32,000 nt of DNA. It comes from an archaeon. Lineage in GTDB: Archaea; Asgardarchaeota; Thorarchaeia; Thorarchaeales; Thorarchaeaceae. Below are positions 17,974 to 25,219 of the stretch, piece by piece. Location: contig JAJRZD010000015.1 of the NCBI GenBank assembly GCA_024275415.1, positions 10,058 to 42,057 on the forward strand. The letters run 5' to 3'. The notes below the pieces were generated by a model. It was not told where the DNA came from. It made no database searches and was given only the letters and a program-made list of their open reading frames with translations. Positions within the stretch are counted from its first letter, which is position 1, and the number at the start of each line of letters is the position of its first letter. A program made the position numbers and the translations under genes.

Positions 17974-19239
17974 TCATTGAGCGACTCTTGCAGTAATGGA
18001 GGCTCCTTCTTCCATGGCATCTACGATCATGCTGCCTTGGCGGGTCTTGATACGGATAGAGCTCTCACCGTTCCGTCCGACCATGATAGTGGTCAGGTAC
18101 ATATCATCGGCGAAAATCTCAAGGCGTTGCTTGGCATATTTTCGTCCCGCGTGGATCGTGACCTTCTTCTTGGAGTAGCTGATTGAAACCTTGACTGTTT
18201 CACCGGGTCTGGCACGACGTGCCACCTGTTCTCTTGAAGTGGTGCGGGGGCCTCCTCTAACTGGGACAACGACCTTCTCGCCTCCGAAAGTGAACATCTC
18301 GTATTCTAACACACCAAGCTCGAAGTCACGAACCTCCACTACCGGTCGCGCGAGGTCTCGTTGGGAGCTGCTCATCCCGGTGGGCATCTTCACCTTCAAT
18401 GAGAGAGATGACACCTTCGCCACTCGCCCTGCTTCAATATGGATGACTGTATCCACAGTGCTTGGAAGTTGACCAAGTTCTACCCGGCCCCCAAGGGTAA
18501 GACGCTGAATTGCATCGATTGATGAACCTGCATGGACAACTCCCACCATTCCAACTCCGGCAGATCGCAGGTCAGCATAGGCTGAGAAATCACTTGATTT
18601 CCGCAATTCGTCGTATATCACGTAGTCAGGTCGGACAAGAAGAAGGATATCGGCTGCTTTCTCCATGCTCTTGTCAAGAGGAGAGTATTGTACGATGTCA
18701 TCCGACACTTGAAGGTCACGCGGTTGTTCGAGAGTCTTTACTACGTTACCCTTCTTGCTGTAGAATTCGGCAAGCGCAGCAGAAAAAGTCGACTTGCCAG
18801 AGCCAGGACTGCCAGTAACGAGAATTCCTTCGGCACGTGTTTCCAATCGCTTCATCAACTTCGGGCTGAGGTCATAATCGCCAATTGCAAGCTTCTTGAT
18901 TGGCCTGATTGCAGAGATTTCGTATTTGTCAGCGAAAGGAGGCATAGCGATGGCTATCCGCAGATTTCTTAACTGGACGACGGCAGCACCTTCCTCCTCA
19001 ATCTCGATGAATGACTGACGGTCGTTCCGAGCGGTTTCGATAATTGCCTCAGCTAAGATATCGAGTTCCTCATGAGTAAGGATTCTGTCAGATAGCTCCA
19101 CCAATGACCAATCACCAGGAGCACCGCGTTTTGCACGGGGAGGGTTGTTCTCAATCAAGTGCACACTCATGGTGTGTTCGTCAAAGAAAGCGTCCAGCTT
19201 TAGGAGCTCCTCATCATCATCAATCCAGTCATCATTCAT
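17974..19239 (-). CDS. PINA-type (PINc/VapC-family) P-loop ATPase lacking the N-terminal PIN domain
   Basis: FFDEHTMSVHL, AKRGAPGDW, RIAIAMPPF, Walker A GSPGSGKST, TLEQPRDLQV, LLLVRPDYVIYDE, GMVGVVHA. The probable start is ATG 19239, overlapping the endonuclease stop; the track's longer N-terminus lies inside the endonuclease gene. Confidence 0.85.
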   Translation of the reverse strand: MNDDWIDDDEELLKLDAFFDEHTMSVHLIENNPPRAKRGAPGDWSLVELSDRILTHEELDILAEAIIETARNDRQSFIEIEEEGAAVVQLRNLRIAIAMPPFADKYEISAIRPIKKLAIGDYDLSPKLMKRLETRAEGILVTGSPGSGKSTFSAALAEFYSKKGNVVKTLEQPRDLQVSDDIVQYSPLDKSMEKAADILLLVRPDYVIYDELRKSSDFSAYADLRSAGVGMVGVVHAGSSIDAIQRLTLGGRVELGQLPSTVDTVIHIEAGRVAKVSSLSLKVKMPTGMSSSQRDLARPVVEVRDFELGVLEYEMFTFGGEKVVVPVRGGPRTTSREQVARRARPGETVKVSISYSKKKVTIHAGRKYAKQRLEIFADDMYLTTIMVGRNGESSIRIKTRQGSMIVDAMEEGASITARVAQ

Positions 19240-19873
19240 CGTTCGTGTTCTCTCCAATCTTGCGAAGTTTCGTCTGAGCGACCTTGTAGTAGTTGACCTC
19301 CCCATTCTGATCAACAAGCGCGAACAACAGGTTCTTTCGAGCAGCAACCGCTGCGTCAGTAACCATGTTCAGGTCGTGCAGCGATATGGGATTTCCTTCC
19401 TTCATGACGTAGATTAGTTGTTTTGCTGTAGCCACGCCAGGCTTATCACCACGAGCATAGACCCTGAACCCGATTCCGCCACCGAATCCTTGACGGACAG
19501 CATATCCCCTGCTACGCAGATCTCGGAAGACCAAATACTTCACCCAAAGATTCGGGTCTTCAGGCAACAGCGTCTTTACAATGTAGGGTGCACCGATTCT
19601 TGTACCATCAGGAAGAGAGAGAGTAATGCGCTTCCTTTCGAGAAGGTGCAAAATCTCGATGGGTTCGAGTTCTAATCGTCCATCATCAAGACGGGCACCA
19701 TAGAAGCCTTGTTGTGATATCCTGTCAGCATCGCTTCGGTTCACATACCCTTTCAGATTTTCGAATATCATCTCTGAAGGTTCTTCCTCAGTTTCATCGG
19801 CATCCTCTTCTTTTTGTTCTGCCAAACCGGGTGTCATTTGAGGATTGCTTTCGTCGGGATCGGACAAATTCAT
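19232..19873 (-). CDS. endA: tRNA splicing endonuclease subunit, probably the structural (non-catalytic, beta) subunit
   Basis: LELEPIEILHLLE, YLVFRDLRSRGY, FRVYARG, ARKNLLFALVDQNGEVNYY. No His at or near the catalytic His position. Confidence 0.88.
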   Translation of the reverse strand: MNLSDPDESNPQMTPGLAEQKEEDADETEEEPSEMIFENLKGYVNRSDADRISQQGFYGARLDDGRLELEPIEILHLLERKRITLSLPDGTRIGAPYIVKTLLPEDPNLWVKYLVFRDLRSRGYAVRQGFGGGIGFRVYARGDKPGVATAKQLIYVMKEGNPISLHDLNMVTDAAVAARKNLLFALVDQNGEVNYYKVAQTKLRKIGENTNDE

Positions 19874-19969
19874 ATCGCCTACTCAGGAGTGTAGCTGTTC
19901 CTTAAGCTGAAAAAGCCTTCGACATACCAATGATAAGAACTATAGCAAGGGGATGCAGGATTATCGCTT

Positions 19970-20479
19970 GTGTGCGATTCAGAAATAAGAAAGCATTTAG
20001 AGGAATTCATTAACGACGCGAAGCGTGTTGCGATTCTAGGCATTGGTAACGACCTTCGCACTGATGATGGGATTGGCCCTTACATCGTCAATCATTTGAG
20101 AACAAAACACCAAAATGTATTCATTGAGGATGTGGGGTCAATCCCAGAGGCCTTTGTAAGTCCATTGGCTGAATTCGGTGCGGAGAGAATCATCATGATT
20201 GATGCAGCGGATATGAGAAAGCCTGTGGGACACATCGAGTTTGTGGCAAAAGATCGCATAGGAGGGATAGCAATCAGTACACACAGCATGCCTCTTTCGT
20301 TCTTGATGCAATATCTTGAAGACTCTACGGGAGCAGAAACCATTTTGCTCGGTGTGCAGCCAAGAAGCATAGTATTCGGCGAAGGGCTTACTCCTGAGAT
20401 AGAGGAGGTTGCTCGGAAGCTTATTATTTTGATTGATGCAGTCTTGGAAGTACATCTCCGAGGGACGAAGAATGTTTAG
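19970..20479 (+). CDS. hycI: Hydrogenase maturation protease (HycI-like)
   Basis: ILGIGNDLRTDDGIGP, IMIDAADM, ISTHSMPL, LLGVQPRSI.FGEGLTPE. Confidence 0.9.
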   Translation: MCDSEIRKHLEEFINDAKRVAILGIGNDLRTDDGIGPYIVNHLRTKHQNVFIEDVGSIPEAFVSPLAEFGAERIIMIDAADMRKPVGHIEFVAKDRIGGIAISTHSMPLSFLMQYLEDSTGAETILLGVQPRSIVFGEGLTPEIEEVARKLIILIDAVLEVHLRGTKNV

Positions 20480-21509
20480 GACAATCGAGTGGATGGATGA
20501 TGCCAACAATGTTCGTCTTGTGGATCAGACGAAACTGCCATTGAAAACTGAGCACCTGATTATCTCAAGTCATAAGAGAATGGCTCAGGCTATCAAGACT
20601 ATGGAGATTCGAGGCGCTCCTGCAATTGGTGCTGCAGCTGGGATGGGGATGGCACTAGCCGCATTAGAAAGCGGAGCTAGTACTAAGAATGAATTACTAG
20701 AGTTTCTTGAGCATGCAGCAGACACCTTAAACACTAGACCCACGGCTGTGAACCTTACGTGGGCAACCACAAGGATGCTCAATGTTGCTAGGGCTGCTGA
20801 GGGGGATCCAAACAAAATAGTGCAACTCCTGATTTCAGAAGCAAAAGAGATTGCAGAAGAGGATGTTCGCATGTGCAGGGACATCGGCGAGAATGCTCTG
20901 AGGTACATCAAGCCGGATTTCACAATTCAGACTATATGTAACGCTGGCTCACTAGCAACTGTCCATCTTGGTACAGTAGGTGCTGTGGTAAGGGTGGCAC
21001 ATGAAAGATATAGTGGGCGTATTAGGGTCTACGCAGCTGAAACACGTCCTCGACAGCAAGGGGCGAAATTGACTGTCTTCGAGATGATGGAGGACAACAT
21101 TGATACAACGCTGATAACGGATGGAATGATTGGAACTGTCTTCAAAGAGGGGAGGGTCGATTGCTGTGTGGTAGGAGCTGATAGGATATTGCGAACAGGA
21201 CATGTCACTAATAAGATTGGAACCTATACGATGGCGATCACAGCAAAATACCATGACATCCCATTCTATGTTGCAGCGCCCATGTCTACGATTGATTGGG
21301 ATACAGACCCAGAAAATCTCGTAATAGAAGAGAGAAACCCTGATGAGATTCGGGTCATCAACGGCACTCCTATCACAGTCCCGACTGCTAAGGTCTACAA
21401 TCCGGCTTTTGATACTACTCCACCCGAGCTTGTGACAGCGATTATAACTGACAAGGGAGTTGTTGAGCTTCCAGACGAGGATAAGATGCGTGGGTTGCGT
21501 GACTGTTAG
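20472..21509 (+). CDS. mtnA: S-methyl-5-thioribose-1-phosphate isomerase (eIF-2B alpha/beta/delta family)
   Basis: LVDQTKLP, MEIRGAPAIG, TRPTAVNL, CNAGSLAT, ETRPRQQGAKLT, VGADRI, NKIGTY, YNPAFDTTP. Start moved to ATG 20472. Confidence 0.88.
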   Translation: MFRTIEWMDDANNVRLVDQTKLPLKTEHLIISSHKRMAQAIKTMEIRGAPAIGAAAGMGMALAALESGASTKNELLEFLEHAADTLNTRPTAVNLTWATTRMLNVARAAEGDPNKIVQLLISEAKEIAEEDVRMCRDIGENALRYIKPDFTIQTICNAGSLATVHLGTVGAVVRVAHERYSGRIRVYAAETRPRQQGAKLTVFEMMEDNIDTTLITDGMIGTVFKEGRVDCCVVGADRILRTGHVTNKIGTYTMAITAKYHDIPFYVAAPMSTIDWDTDPENLVIEERNPDEIRVINGTPITVPTAKVYNPAFDTTPPELVTAIITDKGVVELPDEDKMRGLRDC

Positions 21510-21643
21510 ACGGGATTAATGACATTCCAGCTTGCGCTTGTGTGAGACGTGAGTGTGTATTGAAGCACTATGAAGCCATGAACGGCTCCAAGTCAATGTT
21601 TATCTGCGTCACATCATAATTGAAAGACGAGAGGAATCATACT

Positions 21644-22234
21644 ATGCCTAGTTGTGAACTGTGTGGCAGAAATATGAAGAGCAAAGGACGAAAGGTCACA
21701 ATTGAAGGGGCTGAGATGATTGTTTGCCCCCAATGTGCAGCAAAATTTGGAGGCCGATCATCCGACACATTCAGCAAGCCACAGTATGATAAGCCAAGCA
21801 AACCTTCATGGACAAGCACACCAAGTTCTAAGCCATCGAAGGTCGCTCCCTTACGGGTGCCGGCCAAACCAGCACCTCTAAAGAAAACAAGACCACCAAG
21901 GACGAGGTCAGCGCCCCTCATCGACGACATGGTTTTGATTGAGGGTTATGCTGAGGTCATTCGGAAAGCCCGACAAAAGAAGAGATTGAGTCAAGACGAG
22001 CTTGCTCAAAAGGTCGGTGAACGGATCTCAACGTTGCAGTCTATCGAGGCTGGGAGGCTTAAGCCAACCAGAAAGACGATACGGGGATTAGAGCGTGAAC
22101 TAGATATCTCATTGCTAGAACCAATAAGCCCGGTTCCCTTAGTGACTATGCGTGATAGGAGCGCTCCAGGGCCAACACTTGGTGATATCGTCAAGGTAAA
22201 GAAAAAGAAATCTCAGAAAGGTGGTCATGAATAG
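21644..22234 (+). CDS. mbf1: Archaeal multiprotein bridging factor aMBF1 (Zn ribbon plus HTH)
   Basis: CELCG...IEGAEMIVCPQCAAKFG, IRKARQKKRLSQDELA, IEAGRLKP, PTLGDIVKVK. Confidence 0.92.
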   Translation: MPSCELCGRNMKSKGRKVTIEGAEMIVCPQCAAKFGGRSSDTFSKPQYDKPSKPSWTSTPSSKPSKVAPLRVPAKPAPLKKTRPPRTRSAPLIDDMVLIEGYAEVIRKARQKKRLSQDELAQKVGERISTLQSIEAGRLKPTRKTIRGLERELDISLLEPISPVPLVTMRDRSAPGPTLGDIVKVKKKKSQKGGHE

Positions 22235-22379
22235 AAAACTGGGATAAGACTGTGCAACAGGTCAGCTTAAATACTATATGAGTATATATTATTATTAGCA
22301 CATATCTCTCGGCTTTGGTCTTTTCATGATCAGCGGATGCATTCGAATATCCACATAACATTCAGGTGAAAACATAACA

Positions 22380-22907
22380 ATGGCACATTCGAACTTCAAC
22401 AACGAATTATTTCGCTTAGTGGTCGAGGAGATAGCAGGAAAAGAAGGTGTTGACGTAGCAACGGTTCTTGTCAATGCAGACGAAACTACTGATGAAGAAA
22501 TCGCTACCAAAACCGACCTCAAATTGAATGTCGTGCGTCGTATTCTGTACAAGCTGCATGATAACCATTTAGCATCATATCGTAGGATAAGGGACACAAA
22601 CACGGGCTGGTTCTTATACTATTGGAAAATAGATCCGAAGAAAGCACAAGCACTTGTGAACCGCAAGAAGAAAATGGTGCTTAACTTACTTGAGCAACGT
22701 TTGGAGCACGAAAGTAACAATGACCTCTATGCCTGTGTAAATAGGGATTCCTCACCCGTTCCTTTTGAAGAGGCAATGAATCTATCGTTCAGATGCCCAA
22801 ATTGTAATGGTGCTCTTGAGTATGTAGACAACAAGAAGCAAGTAATCTTCCTCAAGAAGCGAGTTGAGGAGCTGAAAGCAGACTTGAGGGCAACATCATT
22901 GAGTTGA
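22380..22907 (+). CDS. tfe: Transcription factor E (TFIIE alpha)
   Basis: TDEEIA, LNVVRRILYKL, YRRIRDTNTGWFLYYW, FEEAMNLSFRCPNCNG. Confidence 0.95.
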   Translation: MAHSNFNNELFRLVVEEIAGKEGVDVATVLVNADETTDEEIATKTDLKLNVVRRILYKLHDNHLASYRRIRDTNTGWFLYYWKIDPKKAQALVNRKKKMVLNLLEQRLEHESNNDLYACVNRDSSPVPFEEAMNLSFRCPNCNGALEYVDNKKQVIFLKKRVEELKADLRATSLS

Positions 22908-22969
22908 TAGGGTGTGTCAGAGGACAAATTGACGGGTATTCACGACCTCAGCATGAAGGAGTTCTCCTG

Positions 22970-23743
22970 TTGAAGAAGATTATCCTAATGACAAAGGTAT
23001 ATGGACAATATCGTAATCGTTTGTTGTCAATCATCCAATCTGAGATCGAATCCATGGTAAGCGAGCTGGATATCACCTCGCTTATCATCAATGTGAATAA
23101 AAAGGAACATATTATCGTGTCTGTCAAGGGATCAGATTCTGAGTTTGTGATCAATTTGTTGGCGCAAGAATATGGAAAAGCCCCTGAGCCTCATGAAGTG
23201 CTACCTCAAACCAAAATTCCTAGCCAATTGCTTGATACTGGAAAGGTGGGATTCGGTTTTTTCGCAGACATTGGTCTGTCAGATCCAGATATCGATCCTC
23301 TACTTCCACTTTACAGAATACGAGAGCAATTAGATATGGAAGGGATGCCCCTACGGAAAATAGCCAAGAATCTAGTTTTTGTCGACTACCTCCCAGTCGA
23401 CATCCAGATAGTGGATGTGGATTATGGATCTGAACAAATTGGGGCTGAATTCGCTCAAACCTTCTTGGACAGATTCACCAGCTGGGTTACCGATGATCAT
23501 GAACGACTTCTCATATTTGGCGCCAATCGACGTATGATTGAGAATGCATTGGAGAAAACTCGTCATGAAGAGGATATCTATACAATCGAGCGTCTAGGTA
23601 AATTCGAATACTCGTTGAGATGCAAACGAAGTACGCGTGCATCAGGCATCCTAGCGGCTATTGGGCCCCGCCTAAGAGGGGTTCCGATGCACCTGTTCAT
23701 CCCTAATGAAATACAGGCGGCGAAAAGTGATGCCAAGGCTTGA
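22970..23743 (+). CDS. DUF2110 family protein
   Basis: KVYG, GKVGFGFFADIG, LLPLYR, VDYLPVDI, IERLGKFE, GILAAIGP. It follows tfe, as commonly seen in archaea. The TTG start is preceded by GAAGGAG. Confidence 0.8.
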   Translation: MKKIILMTKVYGQYRNRLLSIIQSEIESMVSELDITSLIINVNKKEHIIVSVKGSDSEFVINLLAQEYGKAPEPHEVLPQTKIPSQLLDTGKVGFGFFADIGLSDPDIDPLLPLYRIREQLDMEGMPLRKIAKNLVFVDYLPVDIQIVDVDYGSEQIGAEFAQTFLDRFTSWVTDDHERLLIFGANRRMIENALEKTRHEEDIYTIERLGKFEYSLRCKRSTRASGILAAIGPRLRGVPMHLFIPNEIQAAKSDAKA

Positions 23744-24428
23744 TGTCTGGCTTGTGAAAGAAGGACATTTTTCATCTAGACAGATTGCGCAGAGAGCGAT
23801 AAAGGAAGGGTATGTCACAGTGAACGGAATTGTGGTGAAAGCCTCAAAGAACGTTGATGGCTCTGAATGCATTACTATTTCGGAGAAGGCGATAAATATC
23901 CCCTTTGGGTATAGAAAGCTTGAGAAGATAGATCAATTACTCGGGGGTGTCCTCGTAGAATCAGGATTCAAGGCTGTAGACATCGGAACATCAGCAGGGG
24001 GGTTTCTACAGTATCTGATAGAGAAAGGAGTGATGGTGACGGGAATTGAGGTTTCTGACGAGTTCATACCACATTTGTCAAAAATACTTGCAGATAGCAA
24101 TAATGCCGTATTGGTCATTGCAGATGCATTTCGAATCGACCCTCAGATGATATCTGAAAGGCAGGGACTTGACTTGCTATTGATTGATGTCACAACTGAG
24201 CTGGAGGGAACTTTAAATCTGATTAGACGTTTCACGGAACGGCTAAAGGAGAGGGGGACACTCATCTGTGCATTCAAGACACGGCTTACTGATGATATTA
24301 GGGGCGTAATAGAGAGAACATTAGAGAAGAGCTTTGATATTCTTCATTTTGTCGAGCTCGAGCAGTTCAGGAAAGAATTCCATCTGGTTGCCAAAAGACA
24401 CATACTACATCTTCAAATTGATTCATGA
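23730..24428 (+). CDS. TlyA-like S4-domain RNA 2'-O-methyltransferase (FtsJ fold)
   Basis: MPRLDVWLV...SRQIAQRAIKEGYVTVNG (S4 domain), KL, VDIGTSAGGF, LIDV. Confidence 0.8.
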   Translation: MPRLDVWLVKEGHFSSRQIAQRAIKEGYVTVNGIVVKASKNVDGSECITISEKAINIPFGYRKLEKIDQLLGGVLVESGFKAVDIGTSAGGFLQYLIEKGVMVTGIEVSDEFIPHLSKILADSNNAVLVIADAFRIDPQMISERQGLDLLLIDVTTELEGTLNLIRRFTERLKERGTLICAFKTRLTDDIRGVIERTLEKSFDILHFVELEQFRKEFHLVAKRHILHLQIDS

Positions 24429-24508
24429 ACTCTTGAGTGAACTATGGAATGTGGACAGTGCTTGATTAGCTAGAGAGCTGTTGCATAGGTGTGCGACAGC
24501 CCATCACC

Positions 24509-24750
24509 GTTGATTGAAAGTTGGACAAACCTGGACATCAGGCAGTCCGTCCAGCAACGGCACTGGACGTGGTGTCTTGCACGTGGATGATGTTCCGTGC
24601 CGCGTTCACGTCGGCATGGGAGTGCTCGTCACAATCCAGGTCTGTCAAGGATTCTTGCAACTGTGGCTCACCCGACAACCTGCTCACACAAACCACATCA
24701 TGACTGATTACAGTTCTGGGACTTCTCAAGATAGCAGCTCCGTACAATTT
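24509..24750 (-). mobile_element. tnpB: Decayed 3' end of an IS200/IS605-family tnpB (non-autonomous remnant)
   Basis: LDCDEHSHADVNAARNI (HADVNAARNI at 24589-24618) is the TnpB Zn-finger/RuvC-III signature. The upstream Zn finger is frameshifted and no RuvC-I/II is visible. A 3' hairpin lies at 24548-24569. Element boundaries are approximate. Confidence 0.7.
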
Positions 24751-24883
24751 TTAAGAGCAAATATGCAGCAGGCTGACCTCACAGTTAAAGTATACGCGCA
24801 GGCGATATGAGGTTATTCTTCAGGCTTTGTGCATTCTGCTATGACGTTACGTTTTTAATTGACTTGGCGATAGGTGCTAAGTA

Positions 24884-24991
24884 GGGCCGCTAGTCTAGCC
24901 CGGCTATGATGCCTCGCTTACACCGAGGAAGCCTTGAAGGTTTTCTTCGGGGTCTCGACGGTCGCTGGTTCAAATCCGGCGCGGCCCACCA
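24884..24991 (+). tRNA. tRNA-Val(UAC) with a non-canonical variable-region intron 44/45 (30 nt, 24930-24959)
   Basis: GGGCCGC TA GTCT AGCCCGGCTA TGAT G CCTCG CTTACAC CGAGG A [AGCCTTGAAGGTTTTCTTCGGGGTCTCGAC] GGTC GCTGG TTCAAAT CCGGC GCGGCCC A CCA. Confidence 0.92.
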
Positions 24992-25090
24992 CTGTTTCGA
25001 CGAAAAGTTTGACATGATATTTGTAATACAATGACGATGAAAGCGGAGAGCCTCTACGAGGGAAGCCATGGGGTCAACTTGTTGGCCTGA

Positions 25091-25178
25091 GCGGGAGTAG
25101 CCAAGCCAGGTCAAAGGCGGCAGACTTAAGATCTGCTCTCGTAGGAGTTCAGGGGTTCAAAGCCCCTCTCCCGCACCA
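25091..25178 (+). tRNA. tRNA-Leu(UAA), class II, no intron
   Basis: GCGGGAG TA GCC AAGCCAGGTCAAA GGC G GCAGA CTTAAGA TCTGC, long variable arm, AGGGG TTCAAAG CCCCT CTCCCGC A CCA. Confidence 0.95.
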
Positions 25179-25219
25179 TGTTTTGGAAATATCCAAATAA
25201 GACTCAACACCACTAGTAT

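Noticed and set aside
19240-19347. N-terminal extension MLLERTCCSRLLIRMG... of the ATPase ORF
   Set aside because: It lies inside the endA coding region in another frame; the ATG at 19239 overlapping the endA stop is the more plausible start.
25031-25090. Possible C/D-box sRNA between tRNA-Val and tRNA-Leu (ATGACGA ... CTGA, 60 nt)
   Set aside because: The C box is imperfect, no convincing D'/C' pair or terminal stem is present, and I could not identify a target. A snoscan-type search would be needed to revive it.
25091-25178. tRNA with a TAA anticodon as an ochre suppressor
   Set aside because: Anticodon UAA reads the Leu codon UUA; an ochre suppressor needs anticodon UUA. The body is a normal class II tRNA-Leu.
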